From Camelus ferus (Eukaryota), in assembly GCF_009834535.1 (NCBI RefSeq), contig NC_045697.1, forward strand, positions 11,038,001 to 11,102,000: a stretch of DNA of 64,000 nt. The letters run 5' to 3'. The notes beneath the pieces are model-generated. The model searched no databases, was not told the origin of the DNA, and worked only from the letters and a program-made list of their open reading frames with translations. Positions 52,050 through 64,000 of the stretch are shown in pieces; position 1 is the stretch's first letter; the number at the start of each line of letters is the position of its first letter. The translations under genes and the position numbers were made by a program.

Positions 52050-52670
52050 CTCACCCTCTCTCTTAGTGCTTCCATGCACAGCGCACCTCAAAACTCTTGC
52101 TAATGCCGCATCCTCTGCCTGGGGTGGTCCAGTTGCCCCTCTTCTGTTCCATCCCAAGTCTTAGGCAGCCTCAAATCTCAGCACCACGTCCAAACTACAG
52201 CACCATGTCCTCTGTAGTAAACGTCCCTCCTTTCCTTCGAGTTTTCCACTTTGCTCCTCTGTACCCTGAAAGCAATTTTAAACTTGGCTGCTGCAGTGAA
52301 AGTTCTGGATTCACTAACTCATCTTGTGCCTTTGAACAAATGGTTTTGCCCTTTACGCCCCAGCTTCTTCATCTGTCAAATGGGAATAGAATAGGCATTC
52401 ATTCAGGGAGCAGTTACAAATATCACCGAGATCTTGCATGGAAAGAGCTTAGCACAGAGCCTGACTCTGCTAAGCATTTAATGCATGTCATTACTCCCAT
52501 AACACTGTATGCACAGACTGTGTGCCTGACCCTGCAGGACTGGAATTGTCCATTTTATTGTCTTTCCTTCAGTGATTGTGGATCCCTGAAGGCAGGAAAC
52601 ATTTCTCCATCATCTCAGTATCATAGTACATTCATGATGGAAATGACTACTTAAGAGACGTTTGGCAAGT
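52050..52670 (+). mobile_element. L2 3' region with an inserted MIR (about 52290-52490)
   Basis: cagcttcttcatctgtcaaatggga MIR core; gattgtggatccctgaaggcagg L2 tail. Confidence 0.6.
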
Positions 52671-53055
52671 GGATGAGGGTGGACTTGGCATGTCTGTTTA
52701 GACAGGCTGCCAAACCCAGACTGGTTATGCATACATGCAGGTTTCTAACGCAGAGGTAAAGCCACTTTCAGAGCTCAGGGCTGGAAAACCAAAACCATAA
52801 GAAGAAGAAGAAGAAAATAAGGCTTTAGGGTCCCATATCTGGAATTTTCATATCTGAATAGTCTAGTCCAGATAATTAAGGATTGGAGACAAATCATTTT
52901 GAAAGATTCATCTCGGGATGAAAGTTAATTTTGAGTTTTACAAGTGAAAAAGTATCCCATGTGAGACTACTTAGTCTGAAGGGGCTTGTCCCATACTGTA
53001 TCTGTGTGCATGGTTCTTAAATGTCCAAACTCTACAAACAAAGGCAAACTTCTTT

Positions 53056-53139
53056 GAAAAAAAGAAAAAGGAAAGGAAAGGAAAGGAAGGAAGGAAGAAA
53101 GAGAAAGAGAGAAAAAAAGAAACTGAGAAGGAAAGAAAG
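53056..53139 (+). repeat. Polypurine (GAAAG/GGAA)n low-complexity tract
   Basis: Direct reading. Confidence 0.9.
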
Positions 53140-53934
53140 ACGCCATTTGCAAGCCAAGTCAGCATTCCAGGGCATTTTACAGGGAAGTAAAAATGCTGGG
53201 AAATGAGAAGCAATAAAGGAGGGTCAGCCTCACATTCCACAGAAGCCCACTGGGGGCTATGCTTCTGACCCTTAGATTGCATCTACCAGGAAAGGAGCAG
53301 CAGTTCTGACAGTGAATTAAATGTTGCATAGGCTTTCTGGAAGCAGGACTTAACAGCCAGCTGCACCCACCCAAGTCTGGTAAAACCACGTGGGCACCAG
53401 CTGTTGGAGTCTGACATGCTGTGTGAGGATTTTCAGGAAAACTTGAGGACTTTAGCAAAAGAAGGCAGCTTTTGGGCATTCTGTGGGTTCTGTAAGGGGT
53501 CTGGTTTGCCTGAGCCTTGGTACCTGGTTCCCAGAATTTGCTAGGACCCCAGCTAAAATCCCTCATCAGTTCAAGAACCCCCATCACTCTCCACCAGTAT
53601 CCAACAGCCTCTTCCTTGAAGCTGCCTGTCTCCTTTCAGTGAGGGGACTGTGGCTCCATCCCTCACAATGAAATTACACTTCTGGCCTCTGTCTGCTGCT
53701 CTCCATTGCCTCCAGGGAGAGAGGGGCCACCTTGTTGGGAGATGAGGGTGCCAGACGTCCCCTGGACCCCAGGAACTGGAGCAGGGCCACTGCATCCTGA
53801 CCGGCACGGCTCTGGACTCTCTCTCCAACTGCCCTCCTTCTCCTCTGCCCCTATTAAAAATTGACAAAAAGGCCCACGGACCCTCCCAGGCCCCAAGAGC
53901 CCTGACTTCTTCCCAGGAGTGGACCTGGGGCCAC

Positions 53935-54115
53935 CCGGCCTGGACTTGAATCCCAGCTCTGCCGCTGTGTGACTCTGGGCAAGTTACTTAATCACTCTGA
54001 CTTCAGGTGTCTCATCTGTCAAATGAGGGTGAGAACAAGGCCGGTCTCATGTGGGCATTGTCCTGAGCACATAAAATCAACCACGGAATGCTCTCCCCTC
54101 TGGCTAGTAATTAGG
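53935..54115 (+). mobile_element. MIR
   Basis: gaatcccagctctgccgctgtgtgactctgggcaagttacttaatc. Confidence 0.88.
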
Positions 54116-56449
54116 CTATTAATTATTAATCAGACCCTAATTAATTGTTCTTCATAACGTCGATCACTATATTTGTATATTAGCGACTTCTTCACTAGAA
54201 TACAAGCTCTAAGATGGGAGGATCTGTGTCTGTTTGCTCCTGGCTGTACTGTCAGCACTGAGAGCAATGTGGAACGTAGGGTAGGCACTTAAGGACTATG
54301 TATTGAATGGCTGCACTTTGTGCACATTCAGACCTCAATAGCAGTTATTTTATTAATCATTATTATCAGTGGTAGCTTGCCACATGGATCAAATAACGTG
54401 GAACATACTTGAGTATTGGCTATGTGCTCAATACAGTGAATAAAAGCTAGAAAGGGAGAAAAAGAAGGAAGGAGGATGGAAGACGAATGGAAAGAAGGAG
54501 AGAAGAACAGACATGCTCCCAGACAGAGGCGCGGGAGGAGAATCAGCTTCTGTGTGGGAGGCAGCGAAGGGGAAGCGTCGTCACTGTGAGGAGTGTGGGG
54601 AGAAGGGACGGCGCCACCCAAATCCTTGGCCAAGCACCCCTGTGACTGCAGCTTGTGGGTCAGGGAGACAAGACACCAGGAGAGTTCGCGTTTGGTGGGA
54701 GTTACTCAGGGCTGCACTGGGGCTGCGTGACGGCTGCATCTGGGATCTGGAAGCATCTCCTGAGCCAGAGGTGGTTGGCATCTTCTGCTATTTCCCAGGC
54801 TGGGAATCAGGGATGCAGCAAAAAGTTCCCGGCCCTTCCTGTAAAGTGAGCTGGTGCTGCTCTTGGTCCCCTCTCTCACTCACTAGGTGCTTAAAGAAGA
54901 ATCAGCCTGGGAATACCCAAGAGACAGCGGCTGTGAATTCAGACAGCACAGGGCCAAACCCACACCTGCCCCTACAAGGAGCCATGGTTTAGGACAGTTA
55001 ACGGGTATGAATCTACTTGTGCTTTTTCTCTGTAGATGTCCCCCGTCCTCCCCATGACAATGCACAGTTGTCATGTACCTAGGTGGCTGGTCATAAGCCA
55101 GTTACACGGGGAAAAATGCTACTTTCTTCCCAGATGACCTTGACGATGAACTGAAATAGAACAAGGACACTGTGTCTAGCCAAGCTCCCAGGATGCAACA
55201 GGGCTCAAGAGACCCCACCACCTACATCAAGTCCTCAATACCTGCTTCCCAAAGGTGAGAACAAAGGCTGAGTTACAGACACCACATCAAGGATCATACA
55301 GATCTTCCACCATTTGCATGAAAAACAAAATGATTCTAAGAGTTTTCCCAAAGGAACTTGCAAGATGACAGCTTTCGAGGAAGAGAGGGCTCAGTGGCTC
55401 TCCCCATGCTCTGCTTTCTCTCTTTCCAGCAAAAGTGGGGTTAATTTCCTCCCCTGGTCTGCTTCCCAAGTTGTCCAAGATTCCAGATTAAAAAGAGCAG
55501 GGCATGGTAATCTGGGTACATTTCTCTTGCCTGTCTGTCATTATTTTCTCAAACCTTTGGAAACTCTGGGTATTCTTTTTTTTTTTTTAATTCTTTTTGT
55601 AGTTTACATTTGAATGATGGCTAATATGTAAATGGCTACTTTAATAACATCTCTACAAAACTGGTCCTTCCTCCATCTCTCTTTCCCTCCCTCCCTTCCT
55701 CCCTCTCTATTTTTTCTTTTCTCCCAAAGCTTTTGTTATCAGAATTCCCCACCCCCACAGAGGGAACATTTTAGCAGCATGGGTTTATGGCTACCGTAAA
55801 GCAGAAAGTTTGAAAGGCAAAGCCAGAGACGTGATCCCCAGTTTTATAACAAACTCCTGTCAAAACATAACAAACCACAGCCAGACATGAGCCACAGTGA
55901 CAGAATGCAGGACCATAAAGATGATGGAGATCAGACAGGACAGGCACTTTATAGAAACAAACACCTTCCTTGCAAACAGATAGAGTGAGCCCAACACTGA
56001 AAAATCCTTCTTGGGGAAAAAAAATGGTCCGAAGAAATAAGGACAAAAACATAAAATTCAAATGACAGCCCAGCCCAAGGAGATAAACCCAGGGCAGTCA
56101 AAGAATCCAATTTTACTAAATCAAACTGACATCTCTTCCTGACTTTAATTGACCTCAGTAAGCTGGATCCTGAACAAACATAACATTAAGAAGTGGGTAG
56201 AAATGGACCATCCATAAGTGTAGGTGTTTGAAGTTTCACTTTCACAGGACTTTCTTGATTCTGTGTAGGAAACATGAAATCATTCAGTTCACTGGTGGTG
56301 GCCACAGAACCCGGCAGAGGTCAGGGATTCAGTGTTTCTGAGAGTACCACATGGAAAGTTCTAGATCTCAGGTCTGGCTCCTGCAATATGTCCAAACCCC
56401 AAGTCAGATTTCTTTCTCTCTTTCTTTTTCTTTCTTTTTTTTTTTTTTT

Positions 56450-56524
56450 GCATTTAATATCTTTTATTTAATTTTTTTTATTGAAGTATAGTCAATTTAT
56501 AATGTTGTATTAATTTCTGGTGTG
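56450..56524 (-). mobile_element. Extreme 3' tip of L1 with T-rich tail
   Basis: ttttttattgaagtatagtcaatttataatgttgtattaatttctggtgt. Flanked by ccaagtcag at 56399-56407 and 56526-56534, a possible TSD. Confidence 0.75.
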
Positions 56525-56935
56525 ACCAAGTCAGGTTTCTATGGTGCTGTCACTGTTGGAAAGAAGAAATCACAGGAAGAGAATATGAAGCTAACGAATG
56601 CAGCTTATCAGGATGCCAAGCAAAGCCTATGTTCCATCACACTGGAACCATTACAAATGGAGGAAGCACCACACTGATCTCTACTCATGGGAGTCCCTCA
56701 GACACTAAGGGTGCTATGTTTCAGAACATCTCTTCATAGTCTCTGGCTTTCCTCTTGCTGACCCTTCCTCTTTCCTTCATTTTTTTTCTGGATAACTCTT
56801 CTTCTTTAGCTCCCAACATGGGAACCACTTTCTCTGGGGTGTCTTCTCTGATTTCCACAGGCAGGCTGGTTAGGTATATCTCCTGCAGATTCCTTTGACA
56901 ACCAACACTTCTCTGTCATAGGGTTGATCACATCA

Positions 56936-57110
56936 CAGTGGTTCTCAAACAGAACTACAACTTGGGAAGCATGCTGAGATAATGAGTTTCAACCTCACTC
57001 CCAAAAGCATCTCTTCCTGTGGGACAGAGATGAAGCCAGGGTCTGTCATTTTTAACAAGTCTCCCAGGTGCTTTGGGTACAGATAATCCCTAGATCATAT
57101 TCAGAGACTC
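56936..57110. mobile_element. MER5-like hAT-Charlie MITE
   Basis: cagtggttctcaaac terminus; ttttaacaagtctcccaggtg. Confidence 0.6.
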
Positions 57111-60100
57111 TTTGCTTTATTTGGATTGTCTCTGTGTTTTCTTAGTATGTAGGTGTCATGAGCACAGAAACCATAGCTGCCTACTTTCACAGTTGTATTC
57201 ATAGGACTGAGCCAAGCACTCAACACCCAGTAACAGTCACTGTCTATATATATGTATGTATGTAGGCATGTGGATGGCTGTGAATATATGTGTGTATATT
57301 ATACATGTATATGTGCACATGTACACACACATGTAGTCATTGAGTGGAAGTGACATGGAGATGTGTTTGGTAGGTTAGAGTCTGCCCTGCTCAACAGAAA
57401 TGAGAACCATGGCATGGAGTACTGGGGTGCCGTATCTCATCACCCCTGGTTCTCATCACTGATTTCTTCTGTGAATGGACGGGGTTCCCAGAAAACAAAA
57501 ACAAAAGCAAAAACTTCCACTTACTGACACCTGGGTAACATGCCCGCCACCTCTATCCTGCCAGAATCTCCACTGGGCTTACCCAGCTGATGACTCCAGG
57601 GTGCAGACCCTGATCAAGGGAACTCGGGACCACCAAGCAGGAGCCCCCCTTGTGACACTTCTGCTGAGAGGATAAATACTTCAATGTCAAACAACTGAGA
57701 CTGTGGTGGGGCCATGTGTCTAGATAATTCTGGGAAATAGGTTTGAAAGGTGAACTCTCTTTTTGAACATTCCCACATTGTTATATTTCTGAGATTACCC
57801 ACATTCTACTTAACATGTTAAAGTACAATTGAGTGCTGAGCTTTGCCCAAGGTTCATTATAGTGGGGACTTTGCATGATGAATTTGTTGGAGATGAGGGA
57901 TTTGCAGTAATCCAAGAAGATAACTCCCAGAGCCAACAGGCCATTGTGAGCATGTATGAATTGATAACCATAGTGATCATTCGTGCAATTTCAGGCTGTG
58001 GAGATACAAACAATATCTCGCTGGTGGGTAATATCAGTTGTCAAGCATATGTTTTATAACCCCCAGAACTCCCTCTTGTTTTTGCAAGCTGCTGGTGAAT
58101 ATCTTCGATTTTTTTTTCCTGGTTGCATAAGACTTTGGAAACGTTTTATTCTTTTTTTTCCCCTTCTTTTACCAGAGAAGTTAATAATAGAGAAATTTTA
58201 AAAAGAAAAAAAAATGGTGAAGCTAGCAGATAAAACATTATGAACAACCATTTCATCAGCCCTTTAAACACCATTAAAAACATTTTAAATGCATATTTTA
58301 AGATCTTTAGCCAATGTGAGGAGGATCTTGCATACATCAAGTGCACTGCTTCCTCTGCCTAAAGATTTATCAGAGTTGGGATGTAATTATCTGCTACATC
58401 TCTCTAGCCCCTGAGTTTCTCAAAGTTCTATAAGGGAAAGGACCATATCTATCTCAATCACCTTTACCTCTTGAATGTCTAAAACAGTGCCTGGCACAGT
58501 TGCTAAATAATTGATAAATTTATTCATCACATTGGATATCTAATAGATGGAAGATAGGAGCGGATCAAGACTGGGATTAGGAGCCAAACCAGGCAGGTAT
58601 GACCCAGGAAAAAGGATAAGCCTACGTTGAAGGTGCAGGTGAGAGAAATCAAGCAAGAAGGAAGTAAGTTCTGAGTTGGAATCAAAAGACTCAGGTGAAT
58701 TGCAAGGGGGAGCCAATGGCAGGCTAGGACAAATACAAAAAACACAGGCAGGGAATAGGTAAGGCGCATGTGCCAAAACAAAGGAGAATTGGTGTTGCCA
58801 GGGAATGTTCTAGACTGCTGAGTCCTGTGGAGGAATCCCCACTGAGGTGATACTCCTCACCACTCTCTGCCTCTTCGTTCACTCCACCTGGGGGAAGCAG
58901 GCAGTTGAGAAAACTTATGAGAATTGAAAGTTTAGAAAGAGAAATTGAGCATGTGTAGCTCAGTTCCTTCCTCTTCCTTTTCTTGGATACAAGCTCTACA
59001 GGGAGTGTGTGTTCTGCTCAGCTTCTCCAGGGGCAGACCAATGCAGTGCTGGTGACTGGTGGTTAAGTCTACTTGTTCTTGGATTGAATACCAGAAAAGC
59101 CATTTACTTGTGGCTATAAGCCATATTCTCCAAAGAGTGTTTATACCAGAATTATAAATAGTGTCTTTTTCATCTGCCATCCCCTCTGCCTTATTTCTCA
59201 ACTGGTTTAGAACTTTAAGGGTTAAAAAATGTGTTGTTTATTGGAATCTCAATTCAATGACAAACAGTTGGCAGGTAAAAAAAATTTCAACCCAACTCAA
59301 TTTCACAAATGCTTTTCACACATCTACTATGTATACAGCCTCATGTTACATTTCAGAGTGATTACAGCACTAACCAAGACAAGATTTCAGGACAGGGGAC
59401 TATGTAACATTCTAGACTCAAGATAGAGGAGCAGGTCTCTGATGACATGACACCTGATTTAATGACAAAAGCCATTGACTGGTGTCCAGGTTTAGATATC
59501 CAAACACTTTAGTTGACTTGGAATTCTGCAGCCTCAAATGCATCTTGTAACATGAACTTGCAAACAAGAACTCTGCCTTAGCCTTAGTCTTGGTTCCAGT
59601 GTCTAGAACACATCTTAGCATAGAGCATCTTAATGGGATGTTTGTCTAGATAGATGGGTGGGTGAGTCCTACTGGATATCCAAAGATGTGTGCTGAGAAG
59701 AAGGTACATGTCACTCCACTTCAAGTGATCACAGTGGCAGGTCAGAGAGAGTTTGAGCTTTCCTAACAATTACACTCCAAAATATCATGTAAATTTAGAA
59801 GACATTTTCAAAAATACTATAGTGGGGATTTTTTCCTAGATAAAGAACCATGTTTCACCAGTATAGATGAAGATGCTTTGAAATAAAGATGATGGCTGTT
59901 AGGTAGGTGGATAACAAATCTATTCAAAGAGCTCCTGCCTCTTCCTTCCATAAGTCTCTTCCTTGGGTCATGCAGTCAGGAAGTAATCAGTGGAACGGCG
60001 ATACTTGCCTTTTGATAGGGACGGCTACTTGGATTTCCTAAATGACTGAGCCAGGTACCAGTTGGAGAACAAACTGCAAATGCTCATTTAAATTCAGAGA

Positions 60101-61278
60101 AACCACAGATTGGATTATATATTTCAAGGGGAACAAATAAAGAGAAAAACAAAAACTATAAATGTCTGACACAGAGGAGGCCTTCAATACCTATCGGTTG
60201 AATGACATAAATGAAGTAGACACATGCTTGAAACAAGAAAGCCCAGATGGGTACAAAGCACAAATCACTGTGATGAGGCAGTGCTTCAAGTTACAGGCAA
60301 TAGCCTTGGTATAATTCTCCCTTCTCATCCAAAGTTCCTTGAGTCCTCAAGAGGCCTTGGGGATTGAAGACAAGATACCAAAAAGAACAGCTATTGGCTA
60401 ACTTCCGATAGCAGTTTTGAATGAAAACTTCAGAGTTCAGATTTTACTCTACAGACAGAAGTTATTAAGGGTTTTGAGACTTGGAGCAGATCTGGATTTA
60501 AATATTTCCCAACTTTAAACTTCTATAACTGTTTTTGGTAACAGCCTAGTAGTGCTTAATTTTCTCGGTTAATATCCATATCAAATCACACAGGAATTAT
60601 AAAGGAATTTTATGAATCTGGTGTAGAGTGAAAGCATGTGTCAGTTAATGGGGGAATCACTTAGATGTCATTTGTATAATTTTTTGAGACTCAATCAAAA
60701 CCTCTACAAAAACAATGCCATAAAAAAATCTGTTGTCCTAGGTCTGTGATCCTGTGGGATGGTCTAAATTCTGGTGAACTAGTCATTATATTATTGTCCC
60801 ACTTTACCATGTTTATTTTTCTGTACCTACCTCGAGACATTTAATGACCTCCCAGAGATTATCACCGTTCCATTTCAAAGCCAAACCTATGACCAGGATG
60901 TTAAGTTTTAAGAGAGAGGAACTTTGTCTTTTTGTTCATTCTTGTATCACCAGCACCCAGACTATTTCCTGGCACAGAGCAGGAACTCAATAAATATTTG
61001 CCAAAAAAATAAATAAACGATGACTGTTATGAATTTAGCAAAATAGCACTTATGAAGGGTAACTGGAGGAAAGCAAGGGGAAAAAAGAACATACCAAATA
61101 AATAAAAAGGACAAAATGTTCTGCAAAGAAATGCCATTTTATTGCTTTTAAAAATGCTTTTTAAAATCAATGACTATCAAATGCCACCAACTTAAGTGAT
61201 ACTTAGAAATACCTGAATAAATCAATATGGTGCATTTACATGGCATCTATGCCTAGAGAGTGGCTAAGTGTGTATAAA

Positions 61279-61279
<1 letters not shown>

Positions 61280-61319
<40 letters not shown>
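61280..61319 (+). repeat. (TA)20 microsatellite
   Basis: Direct reading. Confidence 0.95.
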
Positions 61320-61324
<5 letters not shown>

Positions 61325-63721
61325 TTTTAAAGAGTTTAACATCCGCATCTCCTCTACCATCACCAGACTTTCCTTTGTACATTTGTAAAGCAAACTGGTT
61401 TTGGTCCCATGGAGAAAAGAATTTCATACTAAATCAAATGACCATGATTCTGATTTTGAGGTGTTCAAATGTAAGAGATTATATGTAAAACTGGTAATGT
61501 CAGGGTAGTCACAGCCCTTCACTGGCGTAATCCAGACCCTTTCTGCCAGTTTTAGCTTCACAATGGTACTGACACTAACGATGCTCATAGCTAATTACAT
61601 TTCAATGCTTATCATGCACCTGTTATTGGATTAAGTTTTTTATTCTTTACCTGTACCGTCTCCTCCAATACTCTCAGTGACTTTACACCATAGACACTAC
61701 TGCTATCCCAGCATTATAGATGAAAGGACGGAGGCTCAGCTAGACGTACATAAAAGTTCCTGTATCTAGAACATCGGACTCCAAAATCAATCAATAATGT
61801 ATCGTGTGCCACCTCTTTTATTGGGTAGGACAGTTATGTGTCCCCCCACATCTTTATTTAACTTTATGTACAAATGAATCTCCCACCACACCCAGTATGG
61901 TGTCGTCCACATAATAGATGAACAATGAAAGTTTTGCTGGATTGATGCCCTTGTGTGAATGAGGGTTACAAAAGTGCAACTGGCTAGTTTTTAAGTATTA
62001 AAAGAATGTATTTCTTTGGATAGTATCTCAAAGGGTATACAATTGTATCTTTTGGGGATGGTTTAAATATACAGGGACCTTAAAGATCACCTAATCTAAC
62101 CATCTGCCAAAAGTATCTGGTCAAGTTCAATAAATGTCTTTGAAACCTTTCAGTGGCTCCCCTCATTGCCTTCAAGACGAAGCCCAGACTTTCGAGGATC
62201 TTTCATGACCCAGCCCTGCTTATCCCTCTGACCTCATTTCTACTACTTCCCTGCATCTCTGTTTCTCCTCATTCTCTCCTGCCTCTCTCTGTGTCCCCAC
62301 CACCCTCCCCCAGTCACAGAGAGACACACAGCCTTGGATCTAACAGCACACAATTTTTTACAGCTCCTCTAAATCTGACAACTCTCCTTTGCTTCTGCAT
62401 TTTAGTTCATGAGATTCTATTTGCTTGGAAGGCCATTACCTTCCTCTGGTTAATTTATTCTTTAAAAACCACCTCCAGGACATTTGGAGAAAGCATCTCT
62501 TAGGACTGCTTCTGCTGTTCCTTCTGCTCTCCAGTAATAGAGGACATCTTGCATTTGACTGAACAGCTTACTTGATCCCCATGAGATCATAAGCTCTCTG
62601 AAGGCAGGGGCTACACCTGTGTCATTATTGTATCCCTGTGGTACCAGGGACAGAGCAGACTGAATGTACGTTAATGAATGAATGAGTTAGGCCCAGCTGA
62701 GTGGACTTGTCCATGAATATATCAGCTCATCAACTGGGAAAAAGAAAAACAAAAGCAATAAAGCCTTTGTACAGTGCAGTCTTCTGAATGCTGAGAATAA
62801 TTTTCACAAGGGAAAGTTTGAGCTGCCCTGAAAGCTCACAGAAGCTTAACCACAGTCCCAAAGCCTACTCGTTTCTGTGGCATCTCTTAGCAACAGGGAG
62901 CACGTCTTGACCTGGGTGTGCTGTCTGGCCCGGGATAGCATCCTCTGTTGTAAAGAATGTCTGAAAGCTTCTTAGGAAGGCAAGTCCCTCCCGCAGCGTC
63001 TACCTAGAAGCCTCATTCCCTTCTGCTCTGTCCCAGAATCACAGAACAGCCCAGCAGGAAGGGTCTGTGGACACGGCCTTGCCCAACACTCTCATTTTGT
63101 TGATATAGGACAGGGAACAGAAATCCTGAAAGGCTGCCAGGTAGGGGCAGCACCCTGCATATATGAACCAAGATTTTGTGCCCTATCCTAAATTACTGAC
63201 AGCACAGCCTTATAGGGTGGGAGCTGTTATTAACTCATTTGTACAAATGATAAGGGGCTGGCCCAAAGTCCCACACCTAGTGCCCTCTCCCTGCCCACTA
63301 CTCCAAACCACCACATTCCAATCAGAACACACATCGGTTACTGGACCACCTAGAGAACGTGAGATTTAACCTTCGCTACCAATCTAAGCCCCTGGGTTTC
63401 ATTTGCCTGCATCTTATTCTTTCTCTCACTGTTTTGCAGCAGTACAATGTCAGATGTCACTGAGCTCACTCTCAATGTGCTGCCTTGGGAGACATGTCAT
63501 CATAAAGCCTAAAGTATGAAATTGGTCAGGAGTGGCCAGCACATGTCGACAACTTTGAAAAGGTGTCATTCCCAAATCTTACTAGTTCTACACTCCAATC
63601 CAGTTCTTGAAACTGAGCCAGATTCTCAGGGAAAAATAAAGCACTGTATGTACCCTTTTCAGTGGCCAACTCTCTGGGCAAAACATCATTTTATTGCAAA
63701 TCATCACAAACATCTTTTCCT

Positions 63722-63935
63722 GTACTAGCTGTGTGACCTTGGGCAAGCTGCTTTTCCTCACTGTGCCTCGGTTTCCTCATCTATAAAATGGGAATGGTAA
63801 CTGTCCCTATCTCAAATGTAGTGAGTTTTAGATCCTCATCTATAAAATGGGAATGGTAATAGTCCCTGTCTCACATGTACTGAGTTTTAGATGTAATGTC
63901 CTCAGAAGAGTGACCCCTGGTGAAGGTCAGTTAAC
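63722..63935 (+). mobile_element. MIR with an internal 59-bp tandem duplication
   Basis: actagctgtgtgaccttgggcaag...ctgtgcctcggtttcctcatctataaaatggg. Confidence 0.9.
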
Positions 63936-64000
63936 CATGCATTTGACACCCATGAGGCTGAGTAGAAGACCTCTCCTGTTGTCTGCTCTGAAAGGATGCC

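Noticed and set aside
52097..52654. 185-aa ORF on the + strand
   Set aside because: Runs through L2 and MIR remnants, starts at a non-ATG codon, and has no recognisable domain.
54513..54992. 159-aa ORF in a mildly CpG-enriched patch, as a gene or CpG-island promoter
   Set aside because: No recognisable protein similarity, and the CpG enrichment is too short and sparse for an island.
1..64000. CRISPR arrays, tRNA/rRNA genes, processed pseudogenes or foreign (prokaryotic or viral coding) DNA
   Set aside because: I saw no spacer-repeat arrays, structured RNA gene signatures, retrocopies or compositional breaks. A small ncRNA could be missed without a covariance-model search.

Overview
Mammalian genomic DNA lying entirely inside the LDB2 (LIM domain-binding 2 / CLIM1) gene, which runs on the minus strand. 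Three consecutive internal coding exons are present: 41185-41013 (173 nt), 33593-33471 (123 nt) and 30766-30683 (84 nt; its coding frame is not in the ORF track). All have GT-AG boundaries and splice in frame to encode part of the LDB dimerization domain. They are probably exons 3-5, numbered from my recollection of the human gene. The rest is intron, filled with old eutherian repeats (MIR, L2, MLT1 LTRs, hAT-Charlie MITEs, old L1M) and younger 5'-truncated L1 copies, several with readable target-site duplications (TSDs). The L1 3' ends look cetartiodactyl, and I saw no Bov-tA, PRE-1, CHR-2, Alu or Can-SINE, so a camelid host is my best inference. I see no new protein-coding system. The leads most worth checking are: (1) inverted L1 copies bracketing the two phase-0 exons, which could give a 207-nt stop-free circRNA; (2) a tail-less internal L1 reverse-transcriptase fragment between 76-bp direct repeats; (3) several repeat-free, motif-dense candidate enhancers. 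Repeat boundaries and subfamily names were called by eye and are approximate.
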